A DNA stretch of 64,000 nt. Source: a virus. The stretch spans positions 29,896 to 93,895 of IMG/VR virus record IMGVR_UViG_3300022839_000006. One strand, written 5' to 3'. Below, piece by piece: positions 48,688-59,275 of the stretch (its first letter is position 1; the number at the start of each line of letters is the position of its first letter). Made by a program: the position numbers and the translations under genes. The notes under the pieces were generated by a model. It had not been told where the DNA came from. It saw only the letters and a program-made list of their open reading frames with translations, and ran no database searches.

Positions 48688-48695
48688 TATAAATA
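48688..48695 (+). promoter_or_regulatory. T4-type late promoter box TATAAATA upstream of the PAAR gene
   Basis: Exact TATAAATA ~30 nt before the ATG. Confidence 0.5.
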
Positions 48696-48726
48696 GTTGT
48701 GTAGACTATAAGAGTGGAACATCATA

Positions 48727-49032
48727 ATGTCAGCAGTAGCAAGAGTCAGTGTGGATAATGTGAACACAGGACACGGATGTGATAGTATCGCGGGGATAGA
48801 AGGTCAACTACAAACCAAGGTTTTTATAAACGGTTCTCCTGCCGCTGTTATGGGCGACGCAATTGCTTCTCACACAATACTATCAGGTGGAAGCTGTGTG
48901 CCACACAGCGCTGTCATAAATCAAGGATCGTCAAAGGTTTTCTGTCAAGGGATCGCAATCGCAAGAGTGAACGATTCAGCTGATGCAGGTGCCGTCGCAA
49001 CAGGGTCACCTACCTGCTCTGCTGGAGGATAA
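48727..49032 (+). CDS. PAAR-repeat spike-tip protein (T4 gp5.4-like)
   Basis: GSPAAVMGD and IAIARVND PAAR motifs; ~100 aa. Confidence 0.7.
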   Translation: MSAVARVSVDNVNTGHGCDSIAGIEGQLQTKVFINGSPAAVMGDAIASHTILSGGSCVPHSAVINQGSSKVFCQGIAIARVNDSADAGAVATGSPTCSAGG

Positions 49033-49034
49033 CA

Positions 49035-49514
49035 ATGAAATCGTTAAAAGAATACATGACAACGCGTAAATACGTTTGTGTCAATTACACAAAGGAATCG
49101 CAGAACCGACTCCGGGAATGGGCTCAAAACAATGGGTTTGACCTAAGCATAGGTTTCAACGGTGCAGACCAAGATCCAACAGACTTTAACTTTCACACAA
49201 CAATATTCTATTCCACGAACGACGTTTATCTTAGAAACCAAGAAATGAGCGAGAGTGAGACAGAAGTATTTGTTACAGGCTTTGACATGTTTGGCGACAA
49301 CAAAGATATACCTGTGCTCATTCTTTCGTATTCAGGCGGACTAAAAGACATCCGTGAACATTTCGAAAGACTTGGACTAGAAGATAAGTATCCAAGATAC
49401 CGACCACACATCTCCCTGTCGTATGTAAGGGAACGAAAAGACGTCTCTAAAATGGAGCTACCAGACTTCAGGCCAAAATTTGATAAAATTGCAATACGTG
49501 AGATAAAGGACTAA
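49035..49514 (+). CDS. 2H phosphoesterase (LigT/CPDase-like)
   Basis: Two H-x-T/S-x motifs (HTTIFYS and HISLSY) at the spacing expected for the 2H fold. Confidence 0.55.
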   Translation: MKSLKEYMTTRKYVCVNYTKESQNRLREWAQNNGFDLSIGFNGADQDPTDFNFHTTIFYSTNDVYLRNQEMSESETEVFVTGFDMFGDNKDIPVLILSYSGGLKDIREHFERLGLEDKYPRYRPHISLSYVRERKDVSKMELPDFRPKFDKIAIREIKD

Positions 49515-49517
49515 CTC

Positions 49518-50174
49518 GTGTTTAATCATGAAACTAATTTTGATCTTCCTGAACTAAGTGCTGAATTGACCGAGAAGGGGCGCTTCTACACCACACCTAA
49601 CGGCGACGTGTATCCGTCTGTCACTACAGTTATAGGACACGGCACAGATAAGTCATTTATTCAGAGGTGGAGAGATCGAGTCGGTGACGTTGAGGCTGAT
49701 AAAGTGTTGGCACAAGCTAATCGTAGAGGGACTGCTGTACACGAGATATGTGAGCAGTATCTAAAAAACGATCCGCTATACAAAAAAGGTCACATGCCTG
49801 TGAACATTGCAAACTTTCTTGATATGAAGCCCCACTTAGACAAACACATTACAACAGTTGGCGGCTTAGAGATTCCCCTTTATTCAGACAAGTTTCGTGT
49901 AGCAGGTAGAGTTGATTGTCTTGCGAAGTGGGACAATGAGTGGGCAATTGTAGACTTCAAAACAAGCAGAAGAGTTAAGAAGCACGAAGAAATTCACGGT
50001 TACTTTATGCAAGCGAGTTGCTATGCATACATGGTTTATGAGCGGACCAACGTCGTGCCGAAGAACATTGTAATTGTCATGTCCGTGGACGATTCTGATT
50101 CTTTGGTGTTCATCGAGAAGGCGAGAGACTGGTTGCCAAAATTTGTTGTCGTTCGCAACTCTGTTGACCTTTAA
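49518..50174 (+). CDS. PD-(D/E)xK-superfamily nuclease (Cas4/RecB-like)
   Basis: GRVDCLAKWDNEWAIVDFKTS D...D/E-x-K arrangement; GTG start. Confidence 0.5.
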   Translation: MFNHETNFDLPELSAELTEKGRFYTTPNGDVYPSVTTVIGHGTDKSFIQRWRDRVGDVEADKVLAQANRRGTAVHEICEQYLKNDPLYKKGHMPVNIANFLDMKPHLDKHITTVGGLEIPLYSDKFRVAGRVDCLAKWDNEWAIVDFKTSRRVKKHEEIHGYFMQASCYAYMVYERTNVVPKNIVIVMSVDDSDSLVFIEKARDWLPKFVVVRNSVDL

Positions 50175-50274
50175 CTGAAATCTCTCTACGTTGATCCTAT
50201 GAATTGGTGAGTATACGTAACCGCCTTTTCAGCCTTCTGCACACGATTGTTACCATTGTATTTGAAGGAAAACT

Positions 50275-50586
50275 ATGAAAAATAAACTAACAATCATCGT
50301 AGAACAGAACCTAGGAATCTTTCTTGGTAATCATGCAGGCATTGCAATTTTCAGTTACAGCGACGCGACGCTTGCCACAAAAGCATATGGATTCAGAAGC
50401 AAAGATGATGCTAAGAAGTACGTTCGGAATTATCTTAAACACATGAAAAACAATGTTGAATATGTTGTTGTTCCGTGTCCACATCGCGAACATTATGTGA
50501 CAGTAGTCGATCTAATTAAGGCAGGACATGCGGACCTTGCTGCAGATCTGTTTCTGAACATGTCCGCACATCCTACATTGCAATAA
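50275..50586 (+). CDS. hypothetical protein
   Basis: 103-aa ORF, RBS AAGGAAAACTATG. Confidence 0.45.
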   Translation: MKNKLTIIVEQNLGIFLGNHAGIAIFSYSDATLATKAYGFRSKDDAKKYVRNYLKHMKNNVEYVVVPCPHREHYVTVVDLIKAGHADLAADLFLNMSAHPTLQ

Positions 50587-50734
50587 AAGGAGAACACCAA
50601 TCGCACATGTATTTGTTGCTGCGTTATACGCAGCAGGTCTCTATCTTTCTACACACGGTTTTGTAGGTGGTACTTATCTACTGTTTGGACTGCTTAGCAT
50701 ACACGTTATCGTTCTCGTACTTGCAAGTTCTGTA

Positions 50735-50947
50735 ATGTTGGGAATTTCTCATAGAAAGGCAGAAGGGAAAGCTAAAATACTACCAGGAAATGTGCTGTTA
50801 GGTCAAGTGTTTGTTGGAATTGCAGGTTATCACATGTTTATGATGGGTCACCTGTTGATTGCAGGAGTAATATCCACTACGCTCACAATTGCAGTTGTTG
50901 GGGATCTTGTACGCATGTTGACAACAAAGGACAAACCAACACAATGA
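50735..50947 (+). CDS. membrane protein; the hydrophobic frame is open ~45 codons upstream with no ATG/GTG/TTG
   Basis: First ATG at 50735; upstream in-frame sequence is TM-like. Confidence 0.3.
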   Translation: MLGISHRKAEGKAKILPGNVLLGQVFVGIAGYHMFMMGHLLIAGVISTTLTIAVVGDLVRMLTTKDKPTQ

Positions 50948-51372
50948 CTGTCCCTGTACTCTACATCATAATGAGAACAGATCTCGACTCGATGAATTCA
51001 GGCAAGGCAATGGCCCAAGCGTCCCACGCATCTAATGCGTTTGTAAAGGCTTGCAACAAAGCAATAGAGACAAACACAAACTCTCAACCACTAAGTGACG
51101 CTTTTGAAAAATGGCAGAACGAAACGGCTCAGGGATTTGGTACTGTCCTCGTGTTAGAAGGACAGACGATGAGTAGCATTGAGGATTCAATCGAACTGCT
51201 CTATGGTTACGGACACGTTGCAGGTGTTGTTCACGATCCTACCTATCCAATACTCGATGGATATGCAGTCCACCACATCCCACTCTACACATGTGGATAC
51301 GTTTTTATCGAAGACAAAAGCCTACACACAGCCGCCTCTGACATTCTAAAACACTACAATCTACACAAATAA
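50944..51372 (+). CDS. PTH2-family peptidyl-tRNA hydrolase-like protein
   Basis: LYIIMRTDLDSMNSGKAMAQASHAS matches the PTH2 N-terminal signature. Confidence 0.6.
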   Translation: MTVPVLYIIMRTDLDSMNSGKAMAQASHASNAFVKACNKAIETNTNSQPLSDAFEKWQNETAQGFGTVLVLEGQTMSSIEDSIELLYGYGHVAGVVHDPTYPILDGYAVHHIPLYTCGYVFIEDKSLHTAASDILKHYNLHK

Positions 51373-51401
51373 CAATGAAACTGCTTGAAAGGCAATATAT
51401 T

Positions 51402-51671
51402 ATGAACGACGTAACAACAGACACAGCAAACGACACAACATATAGCGTGACAGCGGACGAACTCCGCTCATTCATTGAGCGATATGAGCGTCTTCAGATT
51501 GAGAAGACGGACGTTGGCGATGCTCAGAAAGAGGTGATGGCCGAAGCTAAAGGGCGTGGGTATGACACCAAAGTTCTACGGAAAATCATCGCACTCCGTA
51601 AGCGTAGTAACGGTGACGTTCAAGAAGAAGAGGCCGTACTTGAAATGTACAAAGAAGCGTTGGGAATGTAA
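51402..51671 (+). CDS. DUF2312 / GapR-like DNA-binding protein
   Basis: LRSFIERYERLQIEKTDVGDAQKEVMAEAKGRGYDTKVLRKIIALRKR...LEMYKEALGM closely tracks the DUF2312 (GapR) consensus. Confidence 0.65.
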   Translation: MNDVTTDTANDTTYSVTADELRSFIERYERLQIEKTDVGDAQKEVMAEAKGRGYDTKVLRKIIALRKRSNGDVQEEEAVLEMYKEALGM

Positions 51672-51798
51672 CCACACAATACATGCACGCTGAGAAAGGA
51701 ATGCTTGTATGTCCTTTCTCAGCGTGTGTTGACCTTATAGTCAATGGGCATATAGTGCAAGAAGTACAAAAATAACACAAGATCAGTCGAGGATAAAA

Positions 51799-53259
51799 AT
51801 GTGTACAAATAACGAGCTGGTCGCACTTGCAACAAAAATTGTCAAGTTGATAGGGAACGCTAAACAACACAAGGACAAGGTCCTACAAAATATTGATTCT
51901 GATCTACACGCACGTTTTGTAGAGTCGACAAGCTTCATGCCTGAGGATACCAAACTCTCACAGAGAGTTGCACATGGCCTGACAGGAATCGATCGTATGT
52001 TGATATGCGTTGTATGTGGTAACACACACATGAGAATATACCCTCCTTCCCAAAGAGATTATTGTTGTAAAGGGTGCTACTTTTCAGACACAAAAGCAAT
52101 GAAGCAACGCGTAAGTGTTGTAGATCAAACTGCACGTGTGAAGAAGATGGCACACACCAACAAAGTAAAGTACGGATACGAATTTAATAGTCAAAGACCC
52201 GACGTCAAAAAACTGTTGAGCAAATCTAAATTGGAACGTACCAATCCCGAGGCTGTAGACAGGCTCGCAGATAAGCTGTGGCTTGAAGAACAATACGCTA
52301 AACAAACCTCCGTTGAAATTTCAAACACTCTAAACGTGCATTACAGCACTGTTCTTTTCCACTTGAGAAAACATGGGATAGAAATAACACCATATGCAAA
52401 CACGAGTGCGGTTGAACGTAGTATAAACCAATTCATACTTGACAGTGGTGCACGAACAACAACGTCCACTCGTAACATTCTCACAGGCAACAGAGAGATC
52501 GACATCTATGTCCCTGAAAAACACCTCGCAATTGAAGTTAATGGGCTATATTGGCATAGTAGCACAGATTTCACCAATTCGGCCAAGCACTTAACCAAGA
52601 CGGAGGAGTGTTTGAGTAACGGGATTCGGCTCATACACATATCTGACGAAAAGTGGTTCACGAAGCCAGATGTTGTAAAGTCTATGCTGTTGAATAGACT
52701 CGGCATGTCTCAGACACGAATACATGCAAGACAATGTACGGTCAGGTCTGTAGATCCGTCTACATCCAACGAATTTATTAACAGAAACCACATCAATGGC
52801 ACAGCAAACGCAAACAAGAAGTATGGTCTATATCACAATGATGTGTTGGTATTGGTAATGACGTTTAGTAAATCACGGTATTCTAAGATGCACGAGTGGG
52901 AGTTAATAAGGTTGTGTTCTGCTCACAATACGGTTATTGTAGGAGGAGCATCTAAAGTATTTCAACACTTCATTAGAGAGCAGTCGCCTATCAGCATTAT
53001 GACTTATGCTGATAGGCAATATGGAGAGGGACACGCATATCCAAAACTTGGCTTTAAATTTTCTCACATTACCAAGCCAGGATATTCCTGGACAGATGGC
53101 AATAAAACTTACAATAGAATCAACTTTCAAAAACACAAACTCCACAAACTACTAGATGTCTATAGTGACAGCCTGACAGAAAGAGAAAACATGATTAACA
53201 ACGGATATCGTTTATATTTCGATTGCGGTCACAATGTTTATGAGTGGAGCCAACAATAA
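51799..53259 (+). CDS. hypothetical protein with Zn-ribbon, HTH and a possible endonuclease-like region
   Basis: CVVCGNTH...CCKGC Cys cluster; HTH-like ISNTLNVHYSTVLFHLRKHGI; IDIYVPEKHLAIEVNGLYWH resembles restriction-endonuclease-like/DUF559 cores. Confidence 0.45.
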   Translation: MCTNNELVALATKIVKLIGNAKQHKDKVLQNIDSDLHARFVESTSFMPEDTKLSQRVAHGLTGIDRMLICVVCGNTHMRIYPPSQRDYCCKGCYFSDTKAMKQRVSVVDQTARVKKMAHTNKVKYGYEFNSQRPDVKKLLSKSKLERTNPEAVDRLADKLWLEEQYAKQTSVEISNTLNVHYSTVLFHLRKHGIEITPYANTSAVERSINQFILDSGARTTTSTRNILTGNREIDIYVPEKHLAIEVNGLYWHSSTDFTNSAKHLTKTEECLSNGIRLIHISDEKWFTKPDVVKSMLLNRLGMSQTRIHARQCTVRSVDPSTSNEFINRNHINGTANANKKYGLYHNDVLVLVMTFSKSRYSKMHEWELIRLCSAHNTVIVGGASKVFQHFIREQSPISIMTYADRQYGEGHAYPKLGFKFSHITKPGYSWTDGNKTYNRINFQKHKLHKLLDVYSDSLTERENMINNGYRLYFDCGHNVYEWSQQ

Positions 53260-53286
53260 AAAAGGCGGACCGAAGCCCGCCTTAAT
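53258..53286. terminator. terminator hairpin between convergent genes (canonical on the minus strand for g23)
   Basis: AAGGCGG(GCTTCGGT)CCGCCTT stem with a TTTTTTATTG run on the minus strand. Confidence 0.7.
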
Positions 53287-53320
53287 TGATCTGGTTTGTT
53301 CCAGATTCTTTTGGTGTTTA

Positions 53321-54622
53321 TTAGAACAGGTTGTTAACAACCACTTTGCGGTAGTACTCGTTCGTTGCAGACTGCAGACGACCAAGTCCTTGAGCGCTAC
53401 CTTCTGCAAAAGGATTCGCGACCATGCCGTAGCGTGTCTTGAAGCCGATTTTTGGTTGGAAGCTATTCTCACCGATTGCACGCACCATCTGAAGCGGAAC
53501 ATATGGGCAGTAGAAGATTCCCGCATCAAATGAAGAGGAGCCTTTGTAGCCGACTACAAGGTAGTTGTTGCCTGCATATGGATCGATGTATACGCGGTAA
53601 CGACCATTAAGAACACCTGCGAAAGTATTGCCTGTGTCATCAACTTGTAGGTTGTTGCTGTTAAGTGCTGGTGTATAATCAAGTACGCCTGCCATCTGAA
53701 GTGCGGAAGCAACATCAGAAGAACAAATTACCAGATTGCCTTTGCCGCGACGAGTAGCTTTTGCAATTGCGTTTGCTTCCGTCTCGATTTGGAACATCAG
53801 ACCCTTGAACTTCTCAACAGACCAGCGACCGTTTGCATCGACATCAAGGTCGAACACACCTGGCGTTGCTGTTCTTTGAGCTCCGACGACTGCGTTAGTA
53901 AAGATTGTACGTACAACTTCACGGTTGATTTCAACAAGAATCTCGCTCGAAAGAATGTTTGCGAGTTCTGTTTCTGCGTCAAGACCGTGAACAGCACGAA
54001 GATCCTGTGCAAGTTCAGTGGTGTATTCCGCTTTCAGTGCGCGTGTTTTTGCTTCAACAGCAACTTTTTCAATTGAGAAAGCCATTTCTGCGAAGGGTGT
54101 TGCACCACCTGCAGCACCAAGTGCTTCTGCAGCTGCTGTGTTCATGCCCGTACCGAAGTCTGCGTTACCTGGAAGGCCTGCTGTGTTGGCTGTACCAGTA
54201 CCACCAAAGGCGGTGTTGGCTTCGTTGTAGAATGCTTCGTCGCCTGCTTGTGATGCATACTTGGAGCGCATTGCAAAGATCAGGCCAGTTGGACCTGTCA
54301 TTGGCTGTACGCCACAAATGTCGTATGCAATCAAATTTGGCATTGCACGACGAACCAGGCTGATAAGTACTGGGTCATAACCAGCGACTGGACCTGCAGC
54401 AGCTGCTCCGGCAGAGAAGCCACCAGTCCCAGCATCGTTGGCTGGCGATTCATTGAGCAATGAAGTCATTGTAACGCCCGTACGATCTTCTGCAAGTGCC
54501 TTCTCAGTGTTCTCAAGAATTGTTGCAGTCACGCCACGACGGTACTTGTCTTTGATTGATTCGAACTGATCGTGGTCCAGAATCGGTGCCCACTTTTCTG
54601 TTAGAAGATTATGTTGACTCAT
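53321..54622 (-). CDS. g23: major capsid protein (T4 gp23-like)
   Basis: IAYDICGVQPMTGPTGLIFAM core, 433 aa, sits at the end of the g20-g21-g22-g23 block. Confidence 0.85.
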   Translation of the reverse strand: MSQHNLLTEKWAPILDHDQFESIKDKYRRGVTATILENTEKALAEDRTGVTMTSLLNESPANDAGTGGFSAGAAAAGPVAGYDPVLISLVRRAMPNLIAYDICGVQPMTGPTGLIFAMRSKYASQAGDEAFYNEANTAFGGTGTANTAGLPGNADFGTGMNTAAAEALGAAGGATPFAEMAFSIEKVAVEAKTRALKAEYTTELAQDLRAVHGLDAETELANILSSEILVEINREVVRTIFTNAVVGAQRTATPGVFDLDVDANGRWSVEKFKGLMFQIETEANAIAKATRRGKGNLVICSSDVASALQMAGVLDYTPALNSNNLQVDDTGNTFAGVLNGRYRVYIDPYAGNNYLVVGYKGSSSFDAGIFYCPYVPLQMVRAIGENSFQPKIGFKTRYGMVANPFAEGSAQGLGRLQSATNEYYRKVVVNNLF

Positions 54623-54669
54623 CTCTTAGTCTCCTTATTGAGTTGTTATTCGTATTATAGCTTTATTTA

Positions 54670-55722
54670 TTATTTAAAGTTTTTCATGGCTGATGCGTAG
54701 GCATTGATCGAATCATACTGCGAAATCTTCTTTGGTGCTGATTCTTCAAGAGTCGGTGCACTGTTTTCTTCATCGAGGCTTTCGCTGATTACAGTATCTT
54801 TCTTTACTTTAAAGAAAGATTCTTTGAGAGTTTTCAGGTTTTCTGTATAAGCTACGTGATCTGAATTGTCAAGTTTTTCAGAAAGTACGCGAAGGCGCTC
54901 TACTTGTGCTACAGACAGTCCTTCGACCATTGTTTCAAAAATCTGTGCTCCACGAAGTGTTTTGATCTCTTCTTCGAGGTCAAGACGATCGTTGATTGCA
55001 CGGCTTGCTGTTGCTTTCATCGTGGAAAGCTCTTCTTCAAGACCTGCAACAATGTCGATTGTTTCTTCATCGATCTCTACATTGTGATCGTAAAACAGCT
55101 CTTTGAGACCGATCATCAGCGATTCAGCCATCTCTACTTTGATGCCTGATTCAACAGCAACAGTGTTTTCTTCCATCCACTCTTTAACAACATAATCAAG
55201 ATAACCGTCAAGATTTTCAACAATGTCGTCTAGTGATTCGGACAGTGCGGCGTCAAACTGCTCTTTAAGATCAGCCTCAACAGCCTCAACAACGCTGGCA
55301 GACTTTGCTGTTGCAGCTTCGTGAACAGCAGCTTCGAACACAAGCGTTGCTTTACCTTTAAAATCTTCAGAAAGGTCAAGACCTTCGAACAGGTCAGAAA
55401 GGTCAAAAGACTCGCCCATGCCCGCTTTCATCTTTTCAGACTTCATCGTCTTGCTGTGCATGGCTTCATCCGTGTCGTCCTCGTCATCCATGTCATCCCC
55501 GTCATCCATGTCATCCATCTCAGATTTCATTGCTTCGACAGCAACAAGAGGCTTGTTTGTCTTTTTTGTTACACCATCGGTAACTGTTTCCGCATCTGGG
55601 TCTACTTGTTGCATTACATCTGCTGAACTGCGCTTAGCTTTGCCACCAGCCGCATTGACAGGAGCTTCAACCGAAGATACTCCGTCGGCAGACATTACTT
55701 TTTCTTCTAGGTTATTTGCCAT
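54670..55722 (-). CDS. g22: prohead scaffolding protein (gp22-like)
   Basis: Very acidic coiled-coil protein (DDMDDGDDMDDEDD) between protease and MCP; TATAAATA box upstream. Confidence 0.7.
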   Translation of the reverse strand: MANNLEEKVMSADGVSSVEAPVNAAGGKAKRSSADVMQQVDPDAETVTDGVTKKTNKPLVAVEAMKSEMDDMDDGDDMDDEDDTDEAMHSKTMKSEKMKAGMGESFDLSDLFEGLDLSEDFKGKATLVFEAAVHEAATAKSASVVEAVEADLKEQFDAALSESLDDIVENLDGYLDYVVKEWMEENTVAVESGIKVEMAESLMIGLKELFYDHNVEIDEETIDIVAGLEEELSTMKATASRAINDRLDLEEEIKTLRGAQIFETMVEGLSVAQVERLRVLSEKLDNSDHVAYTENLKTLKESFFKVKKDTVISESLDEENSAPTLEESAPKKISQYDSINAYASAMKNFK

Positions 55723-55829
55723 AGTAGATTTTTCCTTTTTGTTTATAGATCACGATTATTTATAATATTTTATTTCTCAAGGTTATTTATCAAGATGAGA
55801 ATTTCTATTTAAAACAAAATTCCCAACTG

Positions 55830-56591
55830 TTACTTTCTTAGTGTGGACATGTAGCTTTCAAACATCTTCAAAGCTTTATGCTCGTCAATTTTTTTAGAGG
55901 GCTTGTTAAACGATTCTTTGATTGTCATTATTGCGTCTTCGAGCATTTGAAGGCGGTCCATTGCTTGATTAAATAGCAGCGCATCAATAGACTGAACCAC
56001 AGCTTCTTCAACAATTGGCTCGTCAAAAGCTCCTTGGTTCCATGTAGACGTCGCCATGTCAAAAAAGTACTGAGTGTTCTCCATAATTCCCTTTACAAAG
56101 CAGTTGGGCCCGCTGGGATCTGTCACAATGTCAACAGTTGCTAAATGGAAATCGCCTTGAACTTCCATGATTCCTTCTTTCGATTGCTTTACAGAACCTA
56201 GGCCACGCGTCGATACGCCAATCTTCACACCTTCATCGATGAACGTCTTTACAATATTGCCCATTGGTGTGCCAAGAATTTTTGCTTTTCCAATAAAGTT
56301 GGAACCATCACGACCCATTTCTATGATAAGATGTGATGCACGGTCACCGTTGATCTGAGGTCCGTCTGGATGGCCAAGCTCGCCTAATGCACGCTTAGTT
56401 TTAACAAATTGCTCATTGTAGCGGTTCATTTCTTTTTCAAGAATATTAGATGGATACATGCGGCCGTTTCTATTCTTAATGTCACCTTGCATGAAGATGC
56501 CTTCGATGTAATGTGACTTGTTGCCACTCTCATTAGCCTCAACAAGAACAGCAATGTCTTCGTTGAATACCTCTGTCATCAGTAATGCCAT
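55830..56591 (-). CDS. g21: prohead core protease (gp21-like)
   Basis: KSHYIEGIFMQGDIKNRNGRMYP resembles the T4 gp21 N-terminal region; correct position. Confidence 0.7.
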   Translation of the reverse strand: MALLMTEVFNEDIAVLVEANESGNKSHYIEGIFMQGDIKNRNGRMYPSNILEKEMNRYNEQFVKTKRALGELGHPDGPQINGDRASHLIIEMGRDGSNFIGKAKILGTPMGNIVKTFIDEGVKIGVSTRGLGSVKQSKEGIMEVQGDFHLATVDIVTDPSGPNCFVKGIMENTQYFFDMATSTWNQGAFDEPIVEEAVVQSIDALLFNQAMDRLQMLEDAIMTIKESFNKPSKKIDEHKALKMFESYMSTLRK

Positions 56592-56634
56592 GTCGGTTGC
56601 TCCAGTTTGCTTTTGTTTCTTCTATTTATCAATT

Positions 56635-56874
56635 TTACGATTTGTACGAAACGGGAGTGCACAAGATACTAGTAGAACCGGATATTGTGTTTTCTGGTAT
56701 CTTTTCAACGAAAGTCACAGAACCTGCCGGTGCAGTAAAAGAAGCCACATCGCTGTTAGCGTCTGCAATAGTTATGACTGACACAGAGTTTGCATATATG
56801 CGAATCAATCGCCCATTATAAACAGTGTCCGCAGTCGTGACGGACATTTCAATCGCCAGAGGTTTTACAATCAT
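56635..56874 (-). CDS. small prohead-core-associated protein (79 aa)
   Basis: ATGA-coupled to upstream gene, in the T4 gp67/gp68 position. Confidence 0.45.
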   Translation of the reverse strand: MIVKPLAIEMSVTTADTVYNGRLIRIYANSVSVITIADANSDVASFTAPAGSVTFVEKIPENTISGSTSILCTPVSYKS

Positions 56875-57572
56875 GATTCTAAGACCTCTTTTGCAAACTT
56901 CAAAATGTCTCGGAATCCTCTTTTGTCTTTCATTGCTGTCTTCATCATTGATTTCTTGTTTGATGAACTCAACTCGTCGAACATCTGGTTGAGCATCTTG
57001 GTCTCAGGTTCTTTAAGCGTTACAGAAGATCCGTCGCCAAGCTGCACATTGCCTGTTTTAAACGCTTCGTTGGTCCCTTCAGAGACATCTTCGTGTCTGT
57101 CTGTTTTTTGTTTGTTCACTGCACGCGTGACAACTTTTCTACGATTTTTCAAATAATCATCGGAGCTGTCCACATCACCGTCATTGTCAATGTCATCATC
57201 TTCTTTTCCGACGGCATCGAGTGCTTCTTTCATTGCCTTGGAGATTGCCTTGGAGATTGCCTTCCGACGGTTGTGCAAATAATCATCAGAGCTATCTACG
57301 TCACCGTCATTGTCAATATCTTTGTCCTTGCGATTATCAAAGTCTTTTTTGAGCGCATCTTGATCGACCTTGTCCAGCTTTTCATATACAGCCTTGTCTT
57401 GCCCTGCCGCATAATCAGCGAGACGCTTAGCCTTTTTCATTACTGAAGAGTGTTGACTCTCTTCAGACTCGGGATGATCTAAGATGTTGAATGTGTGCTT
57501 GGCCTTGAAATCAATTTCGTCTACTGATGTTGGTTGGGCCACTTCTGCGATAAGTTTCTTGAACGATTTCAC
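56871..57572 (-). CDS. acidic prohead core protein (gp67/68-like) with internal duplication
   Basis: Two copies of [15 protein letters not shown](H/K)NRRK; overlaps portal stop. Confidence 0.5.
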   Translation of the reverse strand: MKSFKKLIAEVAQPTSVDEIDFKAKHTFNILDHPESEESQHSSVMKKAKRLADYAAGQDKAVYEKLDKVDQDALKKDFDNRKDKDIDNDGDVDSSDDYLHNRRKAISKAISKAMKEALDAVGKEDDDIDNDGDVDSSDDYLKNRRKVVTRAVNKQKTDRHEDVSEGTNEAFKTGNVQLGDGSSVTLKEPETKMLNQMFDELSSSNKKSMMKTAMKDKRGFRDILKFAKEVLES

Positions 57573-59275
57573 CGTGCTTTTCTCCGCTTTTCTTTATAAT
57601 GTTGAAATGTGTTTTTATTATTTATCTGAAGCGATTCTTCTGATGGAGGAGTATCTTGTTCTCCATCACTGTCGTCCGTTTCGGAGTCTGCATCATCATC
57701 CACTTCATCGTCCACTTCATCATTATCCACTTCATCGTCGCTACCACGATCGTCCATATCATCAGGATCGCGATAGAGACCTGCTGCGCGCTCAGCAGCA
57801 ATTTGAGCTTGCATCTCCATCGTTTCGGTTTCTGACATGAATAGAACATTTTTCTGAACCCATTGACGAGAGAAGTACTTGCCAACTTGCTCTTCCATTT
57901 CTCTTATCGTACCGATCTTTTCTTTTAGAATCTCCATCTCCTTGAGCTCTTCAAAGTAGCTATCTTTCATGAAGTCGTAACGAACTTCGTCTTTAATGTC
58001 CTTCCATTCGTCGGGCGTTAATACACCTTTCAATATGAGCTGTTTTTCAAGTATAATATCGAATAAGATGGAGAAGCGGGTACGAAGACGTCGAACGAAC
58101 TTTCCGAAGCGCATTTCGTCGCGTGTCATTTCCGACACTCGACCAAACGAATAACTATTTTCAGATTCCAATCTGGATACAGGAACACCAAGCGATTTGT
58201 AGAGTTTTTTCTGAAAGTATGCTAAGTTGTCGTTATCGCCGAGTGACGCACCACCAGGAAGCGAGTCTACTTCAGTGCTACGATTTCCTTCTCTTCTTGG
58301 AAACCAAAAGTCTTCTGTCATAGTCATAAACTTACGACTGTCGCTCATTTCGCCAGTACTTGAATTGTACTGAAGTTTATTCTTGTGTCTTGCCATCATA
58401 TCAGCTAGGTATTGCTCTGCCTTTGCTTTTGGCAAGTTGCCCACATCGACGTAGAATATTCTACGCTCTGGTGCGCGAGTCAACGTGTAGATTACAGTAG
58501 CATCTTCTAGTACTCTTAGCTGATTGAGTGGCTTAATTGCACGGTGTAGGTGTGATAAAACAAGTGACTGATTTTCATTCATCAGACCTGATGTAACACG
58601 TGCAATTGAGTCTTTTGCAATTTTATATCCGTTTGTCACTTGACTGCTTGCAGAACCGCCCGAGGACGAAACGCCAAAGCCGCCATCTGAATACATAAAA
58701 TATTCTGACTTAATTCTTTTCAGTGGGAGACCGGTCTGTCTATCTGCTGTACTGGAATCGTTTTCACGAATTAGTCGTACTTTACGAGGATCGAGATATC
58801 TAAGCTCCTGAATTCCCTTTCTGAGATTGCTCTCATCAATTATAATATGATAATTAATTCTACCATCCACAAAAAATCTTTGAAAAATGTCGTAACCTTG
58901 GTTCGAAAAGTCGAGTAGGTGAAGAACATTTTCAAACTCTTCTAAAATTGCGCTCTTTACCTTATCAGGCAGTTCAACACCATCTAGTACAATTGTAACT
59001 ACTTTTTGATTTGCCGAAACAGAGATTGATTCGTTTACAACCTCGTCTACGGCTTGTTGAACTTCAGGCTGTAATGCCATGGATCTATACCTAGTCACAA
59101 GTTCCGATTCGTTTTTGGCTGTTCCTTCAATGTCAAGGAAATATCCATACGACCCGCCGGTAGCAGTTGCTTCTACGTTAACCGCGCCGTCATCGTTTTG
59201 CGGAGCTGCAAACGATGACGGCTGGTATTCGTCTTTATTATTGCGCTTAATTTCAAAGCCAAATAATTTTGCCAT
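57569..59275 (-). CDS. g20: portal vertex protein (gp20-like)
   Basis: 568 aa, position and length; acidic C-terminal tail. Confidence 0.8.
   Translation of the reverse strand: MAKLFGFEIKRNNKDEYQPSSFAAPQNDDGAVNVEATATGGSYGYFLDIEGTAKNESELVTRYRSMALQPEVQQAVDEVVNESISVSANQKVVTIVLDGVELPDKVKSAILEEFENVLHLLDFSNQGYDIFQRFFVDGRINYHIIIDESNLRKGIQELRYLDPRKVRLIRENDSSTADRQTGLPLKRIKSEYFMYSDGGFGVSSSGGSASSQVTNGYKIAKDSIARVTSGLMNENQSLVLSHLHRAIKPLNQLRVLEDATVIYTLTRAPERRIFYVDVGNLPKAKAEQYLADMMARHKNKLQYNSSTGEMSDSRKFMTMTEDFWFPRREGNRSTEVDSLPGGASLGDNDNLAYFQKKLYKSLGVPVSRLESENSYSFGRVSEMTRDEMRFGKFVRRLRTRFSILFDIILEKQLILKGVLTPDEWKDIKDEVRYDFMKDSYFEELKEMEILKEKIGTIREMEEQVGKYFSRQWVQKNVLFMSETETMEMQAQIAAERAAGLYRDPDDMDDRGSDDEVDNDEVDDEVDDDADSETDDSDGEQDTPPSEESLQINNKNTFQHYKEKRRKAR

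Noticed and set aside
53789-54363. Plus-strand ORFs antisense to the major capsid gene
   Set aside because: They lie inside a well-supported g23 homolog and are codon-composition artefacts.
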